A DNA stretch of 64,000 bases. It comes from Eledone cirrhosa (taxonomy: Eukaryota). The stretch spans positions 216,132,001 to 216,196,000 of the forward strand of contig OZ024742.1 of the NCBI GenBank assembly GCA_964016885.1, written 5' to 3'. The notes below the pieces were generated by a model. The model searched no databases, was not told where the DNA came from, and saw only the letters and a program-made list of their open reading frames with translations. The translations under genes and the position numbers were made by a program. Of this stretch, positions 1-14,439 are shown piece after piece. Within the stretch, counting starts at the first letter, position 1. Every line of letters starts with the position of its first letter.

Positions 1-344
1 TTCGGTTCCATAATAAATGTTGGTTGATCCAAGCAAAAAAAAAAACTATGGTGTAATTAAGCATTAGCTCTAGAATTGATAGGCACCCATAATGTATTAC
101 TTATATGTTATCAGATGGAGTATCAATAATAAGTACGAAGATTAACGGTTTTATATCTTCCACTACACTTTATTGCCATGCTCGCCGCGTAATGTACAAT
201 TCAAACGCATTAAAATGTATTACATAATAGTTATTTAATCCAGATGTTGAAAATATAAACAATATTCTTGATTCTGGTCTTGAATATACTATCTGTGGAT
301 GGATTTTTGTTCATCCGATTAATGTAAAACATTGTCTGTTCTCT

Positions 345-903
<559 letters not shown>

Positions 904-2784
904 TGGTTCAGATACTCAAGTTCACAAATAGACCGTAAATATATCTCACTATGTACGAAACAAGGTTATTTGTTTCAAATTAGCGTTATCTTCTTTCTTT
1001 ATGAGATCAATATATTTTGGTGATTACAATTTGGTATGTAGGTGTTACTGGAGTATACTTTCTGCAATGACAGATTCCTCACATCAAGCATTTCTGAGGC
1101 AGGTGTTTTTTTTCCATGCATTAGTAACACAAGGTAACTTTCTATTGAAAAATGCTTGTAGATGATATTAGACATATGTGGTTACTATAACAAATAACAT
1201 TGGATAAGACATTAGGTTCAGTATAGAAATAAAACAAAGATAATGGAAAGCGGAAACCTCCTCACAGCTATTCGCTCATTCTATTTTATTATTCTGAGTG
1301 TTTGCTTTTCCTGATTATTTACCTCAACATCCTACGTATATAGAATTATTTTACACTCGACGAACATCATAAATGAATAAAGGACAGGCAACTCAAATGG
1401 TTCACAGTGAGAGTTCAGAAGTGGCCAACAAAAAATTCCCTCGCAAGCGACTTGTAAGCCTGACGTTTATGTTTTATTGCTACATGACATAAAATATATT
1501 GTACTAATATACACAAATTGGGAATTTGAAAGCATAAGAAAAGTTTAGGTTATAAGATTACAAATGTAAGATTATCTATTAACTATTATGTACAGCCTAC
1601 ACCATCTAACGATGCTCCAATTTATTATTTTTATCGGTTACATTTATTGGTCAAAATATCGTAAAAACTAAGACGAGCAGAAAAGACAAAAGTTCGATAT
1701 TGTGTTATATAGGCCATCAATATGTCGTATCGAATATGAGTAAAACAACTGCCTTCTACATAGGAGAATTAACTGAAAGTTCTTCGTATAACTATTTGCC
1801 TATGATATATGATAACACCAGGGGAATTAACGTCTTCAACCACGTAAAGTATAATCTTCTTACTGTCTAGGACATTATCTAAATCGGTATATTGCTGGTC
1901 ATTTGACAAGCCAGTGAAGATACTTGAAATGTTAAATCCATTGTGCTTAATAAGATAATAAAATTTAAATATTTGAATGCTATTCTAACATAAACTAATT
2001 ACCAAGTTTTATTGAAAATTAACAGTAAGATTGCACGATATTCGTACCCCCGCTAATGATATTTGAAACATGAACAAGACTGACATGTTTTCAACAATGA
2101 ATTGAAAGCAGTTTCTAGATGAAGCGTTCTTACTACTTTTACATTCACACATATATCTACGTAACGTCACGCATTTCTATTTCATTTCCAGTCCAGGTTC
2201 GATTGTAACAAACAATTTATTATCTGTCGGGTGGTATTACGATTGTGGTAACAGACTTATTATGTCAGCTGGATTAATAACACCAATTTATATTTGAATA
2301 AATTTAACAAGGACCGATCTCCTACAAACATTCGAACAGTTTTCTGCTCTACGATTTTCACAATATCGCCACACACTGCTTCATACAGTAGCAACCCGTT
2401 ATTGGATTCCTTCATTACTTCCCAATACCAATCTCGCTATCCTCCTCTCTTTAACAAAGCCATATGAGAAATCCCCAAACTTCCATTAACAAAGTTCGTC
2501 TTCGATAAGTGATGAAAAGGTCACCTAATCAGGCATCAATATTTGATTGGGCCATACATCAAGTTCGATTCATTCGACATTTGTATTTGAATTCTGAAAC
2601 GAAATACTTATTGAGAGTCATTAAAGCACTAACATTAACTGATTTACAAAGTTACAAATTTCTATTTAAGAAGATGTTAATATTCTGCATGTATAACATG
2701 TGGAGTTGCAGAGATTTAAGAGAATCCTTTAAAATGTATTGCAGTTTAACCTACTGTAAGCGATAGGTAAGTGGAATTAGAGAC

Positions 2785-2825
<41 letters not shown>

Positions 2826-2833
<8 letters not shown>

Positions 2834-2911
2834 TGAAAATACCTTTCTGTTTGATGTATATATATATATATATATATATACATCAAAGAGAACTGTATTT
2901 TCATTAATATA
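2826..2911. repeat. Short inverted repeat with a (TA)n loop
   Basis: taatgaaaatacctttctgtttgatg (2831-2856) is the near reverse complement of catcaaagagaactgtattttcatta (2881-2906). Confidence 0.85.
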
Positions 2912-3744
2912 CGTTGCCACCTCAATGAAGAGATAAATAGCCAATCGGAGAACCATTTAAACATATTTTAACTTATGTCAACCTTTCCATTGGGTAGGAA
3001 TACTAGCGAAACGAACTAATATAAGAAAATGTTGCTAGTCTCATGTCACGCCAATTAAGATTTTGGCAAGAGTTAATCTATTTTTAAATGCTTCTTCGAT
3101 TTTATATTTATCATTCAATTGTGACATAGTGACAAATAATTCCTGCATGATATATTTGGTGAATTGCTCTAGGTGGGTTTTATCGGTGCGATTTCTAGCG
3201 TCATTACGAGACTGATATATTGTCCTGATATGCAGAAATTTCGTTTCGGTTTACTGTTAGGTAAGTTAATGGAAAAGTTTGGAGATAGTATCTTTGAAAG
3301 TTTGGCAGTAACCTTGTTTGATGCTATTTTGCATGTATCGGCTGGTGAAGCAAGAAAGTTTATTTCAGTTTATTTCGCTGTGTGTATCAGATCATCTCTG
3401 GTGGTTTTTCTATATTTGTGTGGATGCACTATCGATTATGTAATGGAGCATTGGTCGCTACAGGAAAGTATAGAAACCACGTAGTGCTATGATGGAATTA
3501 TGATAGCGTATATCACACCCGTACCTGTAATTTCTTTCACCTAATTGTTGATATGATTGAGCTTTTTGAGGTATAGTTTTAAGGACGTCATTGATTTTAC
3601 TTTGTGTTGTGTGCTATATGTCTAGTGAGGGCGTTTCTGTGCATTTTCTTAGATTTCGTTTTCTTGAGTTCGTGGATAGTGTTTTTTGTGTCAATTTTAT
3701 TGAGTTTATATTTAGGCAATTTATGGGTTTACACACGCACACAT

Positions 3745-3776
<32 letters not shown>

Positions 3777-4307
3777 CGTGTGTGGGTGTGAGTGTGTGTG
3801 TGTGTTTGTATGTATGTATATATTAGCAGGTGTTTACGGTTAATACTTTTAGTATTCTCTTTACACCCTCTGTTACATATACACAGGGATCTTCTATACA
3901 GGCTCTGTTGTGTACTGGCATGATCTAAATATACTTCAAGTGTCACCGAGATTTATGTTTTCATCGCCAATCTAAATATTCTAAATTAGATAACTTGTTA
4001 AACACTCTTAATACAAATAACACGGCAAGAAAGTAATTAACCTTTATTTTCTCTCTAAAGAATCTAGTCAAAAGCTTATATGTTTACTTTGATGCCAAGT
4101 ATATAAAATGTGTTTTTATTTGTAATAATTGATTGGGGTGGGTTTCTCTAAAGTAAACAGGGAACCTGACAAAAGTAACAATGACGTAGAAGTTAACATG
4201 TTGCTATTATGTCTCTCTTGTTTCTCCTTTCTCTGCGTCAAATATAGACACGCAAATTTGATAGCAATTATAGACGGTTGGATTGTTTATATCGTTTATT
4301 AGAAGAA

Positions 4308-4356
4308 ATAATTGTTTCTACTTTAGGCACAAGGCCAGCAATTACCCAGTGCATTA
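4308..4356 (-). mobile_element. tRNA-derived SINE family A, 3' fragment
   Basis: Matches the 3' end (TAATGCACTGGGTAATTGCTGGCCTTGTGCCTAAAGTAGAAACAATTAT) of the full copies in the window. Confidence 0.85.
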
Positions 4357-5363
4357 ATGTAATAACACCTATCTTACAGGCTGTCCCAGACTTGTAAGGA
4401 CACTGTGATTGATGTTTAGTTTCAAATAATAAGGATGTTTATCGGAGAATCATTGGCGAGAAACAAGTCTAAAGGTATGCCTGTTCTATGTACCCGAAAA
4501 CTCTTTTCCTTTTTTACCTTTTCCTTTTCTGAATCACAACATACATATCTGTAGGTTGAATTGTTAATACAAATGTACGTGTGCGGTTTTATTAGTAGTA
4601 TGAGAATCAATTTTGTTTCTTGTATCAATACGGTGATTGCAATCTTCTTTAAAATATATAAATGTTTGCGAATAATAAATCTTATTTCAATATAAATCGT
4701 CTATTCTTAATAGAGAAAGCGGGAAACATTGTTACGTACCATATTTCACTCATATACATTTTTATCTTTAACATTATATACTCTGGAGTAATTTCCAAGA
4801 GTTGCAACTATTGTGAGCGACAATGTGCCACGAATTGTAACTTGTTACTACGCCAATTAATTGGATGGTCAGTACGTTAATATGCAATATGAATTGTTTA
4901 CATACATCACATACTTCCAGCAGGTTTCAATGTATGACATAATTATGATAGATATCACCAAAGTTTTTCCCACACTCCAATTTGGCCCATGTCCTATGCC
5001 TGAATCCAGAAAAAATAAAAAAGTATATATTTCAATTCTCAAAATTCCATTGTTTTTTCTCCTTAAATGAAATGAATATTAATTGTTTCTTTAAATGCAG
5101 TAGTCTAGTCGAATTATGAAAGCCTCCCATAAAACGCCTTGCGGTATTTAGTTACTCATCATTTCGAATCCTTTCATCGTCAACGTTTCTTCTCTTTACC
5201 CAGGCTCGATAAAATAATTGCTAATCAAGAATTGGGATGAGACAATTCATTAAATGTCGTGGGCCTGTGCTAATGTTAGAAAAAAATATTAATTATTTAT
5301 ATTCATAGTTTACTAAAGATCCCTATACCTTGTTGGATTAACAAATTGAGAGAAGACAAATAA

Positions 5364-5555
5364 ATAATTGTTTCTACTTTTGGTACAAGGCCAGCAATTA
5401 TCCCAGTGCATTACTAGCACTTCATTTTATCGACCCCGTAAGGAGGAAAGGCAAAGTTAGCCTCGGTGTGATTTGAACTCAGACCGTAAAAGGGCGTAAC
5501 TCTATGCTGCAAGGCATGGCGTCCGACCTTCTACTGATACTGACAATCCACTGCC
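5364..5555 (-). mobile_element. tRNA-derived SINE family A, full length, imperfect TSD
   Basis: Pol III A-box and B-box (GAGTTCAAATC), the CCTTTC.TCCTTACGGGGTCGATAAAAT core and an ATT tail; flanks gacaaataaataatt / gacaaatataatt. Confidence 0.9.
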
Positions 5556-6101
5556 TGACAAATATAATTTCAGCAGTGTGAGGAAATTGAAATGGCGAAG
5601 AGTTGTAATGAAAACTGAATCGTACATTACGCCACGGACTAGTTCGTTTATACACCGCTTAACGCATACATGCTACTGATTAATTAGAGCTAAGGTACTT
5701 CAACTGGTTGTTTTTGGAAAATTCGACGAATCGTTGACATTTCGTTACGAATAACACAGTGGATTTCTTTTAACTTGACAAACACATCTATATAATTAAA
5801 TTTGAATAATTCATGGGCAGCCAAAGTGAGCTCCATTTAACACACCGTTGTATGATATACATACAAGCTAGAAGAGCTTATAACTATAACAGGTTTAAAC
5901 AAGTAATTTGAAAACTGTATTATCCATAGTGCCCTATAAATCCCAACTCGACAATGGAAAGAAATACGTTCTCCGGTCTCGTTTTAAAGGCCAGTGAGAC
6001 AGCATGATTTTAACAAGGGTGGCAAGGTTACTTTACATTTTATCAATTGCTTCCTTTTCAATTATGCTTATGCAGTTCAATATACTGAATATATATACTG
6101 A

Positions 6102-6174
<73 letters not shown>

Positions 6175-6300
6175 TGTGTTTGATGGGAAGGGGTGTAATT
6201 ATCTATCCAGCATTACAGCATGTTGTTTTGTTGTATTTGATTATTAATTGAATTTTTAAGACAAGCCGAGACAAAAATATGTAAACATTACCGTCGCCAC

Positions 6301-6487
6301 TGGTGGATTGGCAGTATCGCTAGAGGGTCGGATGTCATGCTTTTACGAATAGAGTTACGGCCCTTTCCATTCTGAGTTCAAATCCCGCCGAGGTCAACTT
6401 TGCTTTTCATCCTTATGGGGTCGATAAAATAAAATACCAGTAATGTACTGGGTATTGGCTGGCCTTGTGTCAAAAGTAGAAACAATT
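6301..6487 (+). mobile_element. tRNA-derived SINE family A
   Basis: TGGATTGGCAGTATCG...GAGTTCAAATCCCGCCGAGG...GGGGTCGATAAAATAAA...GTAGAAACAATT, collinear with the other copies. Confidence 0.9.
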
Positions 6488-7699
6488 TTGTCCATTATTT
6501 CTCCAGTGAGCTCGAAATCCGAAAATATAAGTCCATAATATTTGAATACCATTTAATCTTATGTTTATTTCGTTTACATTATGAATTGTTAATCTTTGTC
6601 ATCGCCATTTGTCTGTATTGCAATAAATACACAGGTAATACATATATCATACATGACACTTATACAACTTTGGTTATTGGTTTCTTCCATTTTTTCTTTG
6701 ATCTCATACTTGTCAAACTTCCTTGATTCTGCATTTTCTATTCCCCGCTCGTCACACAATTCCTCATACTCGTTCCAACAATTGGTATTTAGATAATGCT
6801 GCATTTTAATTTTACGTTCGCAGAATTTAAAAGATCGTGCTTTCTGTGATCTAGTTTACTGACGTAGAAACAAATGCACAATATCTTGCACGAGTTTCCT
6901 TGACATTTTGAATATCATATTTTATTCGTTAGAGTCTTTCTTCATTTTATGGAAACATAGCTGATGCATCCATTGTTACCTGCTATTGAATCAGCGAGCT
7001 CTTTTTTTATTTTATTCACGTTATCATGTGTGGTGAGTGATGTACATATGATATGGTGTACGCCCTTCTGCACGCGTTCGCGTGAGTATATTCAATATTG
7101 TTTTTAGATAAAAGATCAAGGACAGAGAGTAATATTAATGGAGAAAAGTTAAAAAGTCAAGTTTCCTAGCTTTTGCAAGCATTTAAACTAAATAAATGAA
7201 ACGAAACGAATACAACAATTGAACCCTCACTCCCATGTCCTTCGCTTACGTGGGAGTCACTTTTGCCCTATAGGATTCTCTACCTGAAACCATTATTGAG
7301 TTACTTTTCTCTGCTATAGCACAAAACATTTCTTTTGTTGTTGTAATTTCTGTATATGATTTTAGAAAGTAGAGTAATGTAGTTTGATTTCAGAACTAAT
7401 TGGCAGCACTCACGGTATCATTGACCATTGCACGACGTTACATTTTTTAGAAAGAACCATTTGTGTTGCATGCAATGTGTAATTGTCGCTGGAGGTTATA
7501 CATAGAGATGGCACTTTGGTTTGTGTAGATGGAAATATGAAGATCAGCAAATTGATCTGAGAAAAGAAATAATACTGGCCCGATGAGAGGTAGATCTAAT
7601 TGCTAGTTAACTTCATACGCCACCAATTCTTATGTTTTATTTGATTGCCTTAGGTTGTTTGTGTGATTGCTTTATGATCGTGCTCTGCTGGAAAACCTG

Positions 7700-8110
7700 C
7701 TTCCCTCTACTACTAAACTATTTTCGCGAGGAAGTGAGACAATGGATGTGTTGTATACTGGGCCTAGTATAGCGTTGTGGTATCTAATATATATCTCAAT
7801 GTTTATATATTATATAGGAATGTAGTCATATTTACAAGGAGATTTCTATATACTGTTAATAGTATTTTTATACACCATTTGGAAAATGGGTTTGCGTGTG
7901 CTGTTGGTTTGGAGGTATTTTTATCTTTACCCTTGCTACATATGTATTCTTAGGACAGTTTTATTGTCCATTTAACGTATGATCAGATCTAGGACAACTT
8001 CTTTTGTGTTGTCCCAAATGATGTGGCCAGGTACCTGGTACTTAAATTACACCATACCTTCTCCCGCATATTTGCATAAATTTCCTTATGGATATAGAGG
8101 AAAATCATTT
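7700..8110 (-). mobile_element. Possible highly decayed LINE (CR1/L2/Jockey-like) post-RT fragment
   Basis: Manual translation gives only weak YLG-like and YIRxxLEY-like traces, with many stops. Confidence 0.25.
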
Positions 8111-8432
8111 GTATTTTTCATTTCAGTATATTAGATAGAAAGTTAGGTCATTTTATGATTCTGTATTCGTTAAAAATTTAACAGAAAGGTTTACACGACG
8201 TACCTATAAATGAATATGTATGTTATATATATTATAATACAAACACACGCACACATAAAGACACACATACACACTACACAGATGCATTCACACACACCCA
8301 CACATATATATATATACATATATATATATATACATATACATATATAAATATTAAACATACAAACACATATATACACACACACACACACACACATTCATAT
8401 ATATATATATATATATAAATATATATAAATAA

Positions 8433-8516
<84 letters not shown>

Positions 8517-8630
8517 ATATATGAATTAGAACCCTGTAACCATTAAGCTCTAAGTATAAAGTACAAATAAATACAGAGCCGATTAACAATATATAGTAAG
8601 AGACACAGTAAACCGTGTGTCTAAAATTAC

Positions 8631-8947
8631 AAGGGTTGAAAAACCACATATGTTTGAAATATTTAACCAAGAAACAGACAGGATGACAAAATGAAAATAA
8701 AAATATATTATCATAATACAAACCGCCTCAATAACCATTATATCTCTCGGACAGATCTCTCGCTGATGAAGCCCAGGATTATCTGTTACAAACACACTCA
8801 GGGCGAAACAGATTAGGGATAATCTGTCCGAGAGATATAATGGTTATTGAGGCGGTTTGTATTATGATAATATATTTTTATTTTCATTTTGTCATCCTGT
8901 CTGATTCTTGGTTAAATATTTCAAACATATGTGGTTTTTCAACCCTT
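8631..8947. repeat. 126-bp inverted repeat (8631-8756 / 8822-8947) around a hammerhead core; Penelope pLTR-like fold-back in (TA)n
   Basis: The arms are near-perfect reverse complements (about 1 mismatch); the insert is bounded by (TA)n tracts. Confidence 0.9.
8755..8836 (+). ncRNA. Type I hammerhead ribozyme with a canonical core
   Basis: Stem I ATCTCTCG/CGAGAGAT; CTGATGA 8763-8769 plus A; stem II GCCC/GGGC; GAAA 8805-8808; stem III ACAGATTA-GGGA-TAATCTGT; GUC triplet with predicted cleavage after 8828. Confidence 0.9.
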
Positions 8948-8948
8948 A

Positions 8949-9623
<675 letters not shown>

Positions 9624-9628
9624 TCTAC

Positions 9629-9828
9629 AGTGTAAGAGGTAATAGGGACGTAAACAAAAGAAGAAAAGTAGCCCTTCGTCAGCTGTTTACTACGGATCAT
9701 AATCCAGAGGCGGTCCGTTACGGATCGATGTCTTGTTTTAAGCGCCGAAACATCTATGATCCAAAGTAAACAGCTGAGGAATGTCTACTTTTCTTCTCGT
9801 GTTTACGTCCCTATTAGCTTCTTACACT
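9629..9828. repeat. Diverged inverted repeat (9629-9701 / 9755-9828), probable Penelope pLTR fold-back
   Basis: agtgtaagaggtaatagggacgtaaac...ggatcata mirrors tatgatcc...gtttacgtccctattagcttcttacact; flanked by (TA)n. Confidence 0.8.
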
Positions 9829-9862
9829 TCGTTTTCAGTAACCACACAGCCTGCCTCTTTAC

Positions 9863-9898
<36 letters not shown>

Positions 9899-9901
9899 GT
9901 A

Positions 9902-10242
9902 TACTACGCATTCACGATTCCGGTTATTCGCGGGAATTTCCTTAGAACCTAACTAGTAATTGCTCGTGGAAACCACCGCATATTCGCGGAATCGTAAATA
10001 TCTACTGCGATATTTTAAATGGGTTTTGTAGTGGCATTATATACTCTTTTAACGCTAAATTATTCATAACAATATGCCGCATTTGCCAATCTATTGCACT
10101 CCCCTTTGCATAAGGCGATCGTTCTTTTTTTATTATTATATTTTGATGTTTATAGGCAGACAACGTCCAATATTCGCAGTTTTTTTATTCTTCGTCAGTG
10201 CACTAGGAACGTGACCACCGTGAATACCGGGGGATAACTGTA
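9902..10242. mobile_element. Decayed Tc1/pogo (Tigger-like) MITE
   Basis: Repeated TATTCGCGG / CCGTGAATA subterminal motifs and a right end ...ggataactg|ta; the left TIR is degraded. Confidence 0.45.
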
Positions 10243-10392
10243 AAAACTGTACATATATATATATATGTAGGAGGTGAGTTTTATTGTAGTACAATAAAGC
10301 AATACAGATATCGGATAAGAAGCACTCTACAGTTTGTAGGACTGGAGTATAAATAATATATAAGATCAAAAGATGGTTAAAAGAGTACTATG

Positions 10393-10463
10393 TATTTTAT
10401 TATGCGCATTTCAAAAACAAATATCATCATGCAATAACATTTGCGTTTTCGTCAGATAAAATA
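10393..10463 (-). ncRNA. Type I hammerhead ribozyme (left-arm copy)
   Basis: Exact reverse complement of the motif at 10636-10706. Confidence 0.8.
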
Positions 10464-10635
10464 GGGAGACATGATATGAAGGTTAAAATACACTTGTGAA
10501 TAGTGCAGTTTTAAATCAACATATCATATGTTGATTTAAAACATATCATATGATTTAAAACATATCAACATATGATATGTTGATTTAAAACTGTACTATT
10601 CATAAGTGTATTTTAACCTTCATATCATGTCTCCC

Positions 10636-10706
10636 TATTTTATCTGACGAAAACGCAAATGTTATTGCATGATGATATTTGTTTTTGAAATGCGCATAAT
10701 AAAATA
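10636..10706 (+). ncRNA. Type I hammerhead ribozyme with palindromic stem III (PLE-type)
   Basis: Stem I TATTTTAT/ATAAAATA; CTGACGA 10644-10650; about 16-bp stem II with G-U pairs and one mismatch; GAAA 10687-10690; ATGCGCAT palindrome; AUA triplet. Confidence 0.8.
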
Positions 10707-11726
10707 CATAGTACTCTTTTAACCATCTTTTGATATTATATATTATTTATATATATATATATATATAAAATATATGAAGAGGATTGGCTGTGTAGTTGCT
10801 GGATAAGGTAGGCTTAAACATGAGAATAAGAAGAAAGCAAGAAATAAGTTTTCCTCATCAGTTGCCTGCCAGGGGTCTCGGATATGTCAATGCATTAAAG
10901 ACTATATATCTACCCCCAGTGTGTTCAATAACTAGGTAAGTTATTGGGAAAACGGTGGAGGGAGGTAATGAAAATATAGGATAACAGAAGGTAAAAGGGA
11001 AAAAAGAGAGAAAAGAGAAAAACTGCGAAAAATAACGAAGAAAACGGGAAACAACAAATCGAAGAGTGCGCGAGCAATTTGAAGAAAGAAAAAAATATAT
11101 ATAAGGTGGAAGCTCGTGACGGGATGAGAGGAGATGAATGGATCATCAGTAGAACTCCAATCAAGCTAATGTCTCGTCACTTGTATCCGCCTCTACGCTC
11201 AAAGGGAAGCTGGCCCACCTACTTCATGACTTTTGTTTTGAAGTCTGTTGTAAAAATACATGAAATGTCCATATATGGAATATTTATAATCATAGGCGAT
11301 GCACATCAAGGATGACTCGTTCTGCAACTAAAACACAATATATATATTTCTAAAATGTGGACGAAAAAAGATACGTATGTATTATGATATGCATCACTTT
11401 GGATTGGGTCGTCAGATAATTTAATGGCAGAAAACTTAGTGCCACACCTACGTAGTGAAAATCATGAATTCCAGTATCGGCAATTCGAAACGATTATTCA
11501 TTACGATTTTTAATTTGATGTAACTGTGAATATAACACGATTGATTTCAGACCAGCTGAATACTTCTTCCACAAATGATAATTAACTTCAGTCAAGATCA
11601 AATTTCTCTCAAGAACAATATATAAATTGTTTTAACACTGTTTTAGTAAATCCAGGATTAGATTTTGGATTTAGATTAAGCAATTGTGTAATCAAGATTG
11701 AGCAGTCAACGTAGTGTAGATCCACC

Positions 11727-11824
11727 GTTACTTTGCCTTTCATCCTTACGGGGTCGATAAAATAAAGTACCAGTAATGCACTGGGTAATTGCTGGCCTTG
11801 TGCCTGAAGTAGAAACAATTATAA
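11727..11824 (+). mobile_element. SINE family A, 5'-truncated
   Basis: CTTTGCCTTTCATCCTTACGGGGTCGATAAAATAAAGTACCAG through to the tail. Confidence 0.9.
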
Positions 11825-11980
11825 TATCACGTAGGTGCGTGTATGACGACAGCAGTATGTGGATTCCTCCATATTCTATTTATCACTTAAAAAGTATAAT
11901 GTGGTGAAATTCAAACACAAAGCCTCTTAATAATTTTACATATATATGATTGGTTGGCATGGATGTTATATATAAATCTC

Positions 11981-11996
11981 CTCTCTCTCACACACA

Positions 11997-12073
<77 letters not shown>

Positions 12074-12107
12074 TCTCTGTCCCTCTCTCTTTCCATCTCT
12101 CTCACCA

Positions 12108-12164
<57 letters not shown>

Positions 12165-12165
12165 G

Positions 12166-12208
<43 letters not shown>

Positions 12209-12210
12209 GT
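11981..12210. repeat. Compound (CT)n-(TA)n-(TG)n microsatellite
   Basis: Directly visible. Confidence 0.95.
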
Positions 12211-12612
12211 ATGAGCAGAAGATTGAGCATGATTTATGAAATCTCTCACCTACACAGTTTGTTTCGCTACTTCTGTATTATGTTGGTGTTTTTCTGTATT
12301 CATGCCCTACTATTTGACTGACGAGACCAGCTATCTCCGAAAAGCTCAATTTACAGTAGCCTTTATTTGAGTTCTTTTTACGCAATTTCCCATTCATAAT
12401 TAGTTCAAAGTATTTCTCAAAAAAGCAAAAGCAAAACAGTTCAGTTATTGAAAGATGACACCACCAAAGCAAACTGCACGCTCTGACACAACTATTTAAA
12501 CTGAACCGAACGAGTGTGTGTAAAGGAAATAATGATACGGTGAAATATTGTTTCCAAGTCACTCACTGAAGGTTCAGAATTTTAAAAATATCTTCCTACT
12601 CTAACATCATCA

Positions 12613-12801
12613 CGGTGAATTGTCAGTATCGGTAGAGGGTTGGACGCCATGCTTTTTTAGCATAGTTACGTCCCTTTACGGTCTGAGTTCAAATCCCGTA
12701 GAGGTTAACTTTGCCTCTCATCCTTACAGGGTCGGTACAATAAAGTAGTAGTAATGTATTGGGTAAGTGCTGGCCTTGTACCAAAAGTAGAAACAATAAT
12801 T
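12613..12801 (+). mobile_element. SINE family A, near full length
   Basis: A-box, B-box (GAGTTCAAATCC), core and tail are collinear with the other copies. Confidence 0.9.
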
Positions 12802-13366
12802 AAACAATGATGAAATGGATGTTCCTGTTAATCTTTGATAACTTTAAAAAGCGAAATGTAAAAATGGATCCTGAATGTTAGTTATTCCATCACGCGATAC
12901 ATATGAAATATTACTAGAGTAATGCTAACACATTTAGATTAGTAAGCATCAACAATTTAATGATAAATATTTATGCAAACTGGAGTAGATAACAGCAATT
13001 CAATGACTGGTATCATGTTAAACATTTCTCCAATAATGAGAGATGCAGTGACGAGTTTTCAGTATATACTCACGCTAGACAGTAGTTATTAAAAAAAGCA
13101 AGTCTACAAAATGCAGTTTCACTGCGACGGTATATACATAAATATTTATATATAAAATCAGGAATTTCTCATGAAATTACAAGTCACAAATTACAAATGA
13201 GCAATATGAGAATTAAGCCAGCTTCACTTACGTTGGATAAGCATGAATATAATGAGAATAATACTTTCTGAAACATAAAATATTTGAACACCTCGTAAGA
13301 AAGTTGTAAATGTATATGTAAAATGATGCTTCTGGTGGTAACATCATGTCACAAAATAAATATATA

Positions 13367-13413
<47 letters not shown>

Positions 13414-13573
13414 AACAACGGAAACAGTAATGGATAAGCGGACAGAACATCTCTTAAGTCAACCTTTGGAATTTACTACAGGTTCTGTGTTTTTACATTG
13501 ATACTGTCCATTTTAGTGCACATTGGAACACAATATAACAGTGACAAATACAAATATACATGTGTGTGTGTGT

Positions 13574-13674
<101 letters not shown>

Positions 13675-14343
13675 GTGTGCGCGTGTACGTTTGTATGTAT
13701 GTATGAAAAAGGCAAATAGAAATAACAAAGAAAACAACTCAGCACAATTAAGAAATACATTATCAGCTTTTCGCTTGATATAGTAAAAAAAGAGTCTTAA
13801 CATTTCGGACGCCTGGCCTTCGTCATAAAATAGAATGAGAAATTAAAGAATAGAAAGATTAAAGAGACGGACAGTGGCAGAAACGAAAGAATAATTTTAG
13901 AGAAAAACAGATCTATTCACGTCTCCAGTGTGTGTGTGTACGTGCGTGTGTGAGTGCGTGTGTGTGTGTTTGTTTGTGTGTGTGTGTATGTGTGTGTGAG
14001 TGTGTGTGTATGCATGTGTGTGTAATTTATTGTGCGTATCTATGTGTACGCGTGTGTTTATGTGCTCTAATATATACATGGGCAAGATTTTTTTTAATCG
14101 GCCTTGCAATATTTGATAAGTTTTAGAGATATTCGAAGGTTTTACCTACTCACAATGCGGTACTCAGTTTGAATGTGATAATTTCTTTTGATTTCCTTTA
14201 AATAATTTCTAAATATTCAATCATCTAACAATCATACGAATAACGGTAGGGAGTAATTCGAAGTAACGATTTCATGTATCAAATAAAATATAATATATAA
14301 CAGAATTGTAGTATTGAAAAGACAACATTTTTGTGCATAGATG

Positions 14344-14439
<96 letters not shown>

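Larger units (their letters stand above)
10348..10751. repeat. Near-perfect palindrome with 188-bp arms (10348-10535 / 10564-10751) and a 28-bp spacer
   Basis: The arms are reverse complements with about 3 substitutions; the spacer is made of rearranged arm pieces; (TA)n on the right. Confidence 0.95.

Noticed and set aside
1690-2020. FYIGE motif suggesting a GIY-YIG remnant
   Set aside because: Single short motif in stop-ridden sequence; not supportable without a profile search.
5364-5555. tRNA gene calls from A-box/B-box motifs in SINE heads
   Set aside because: No cloverleaf; the motifs continue into a repeated SINE body and tail.
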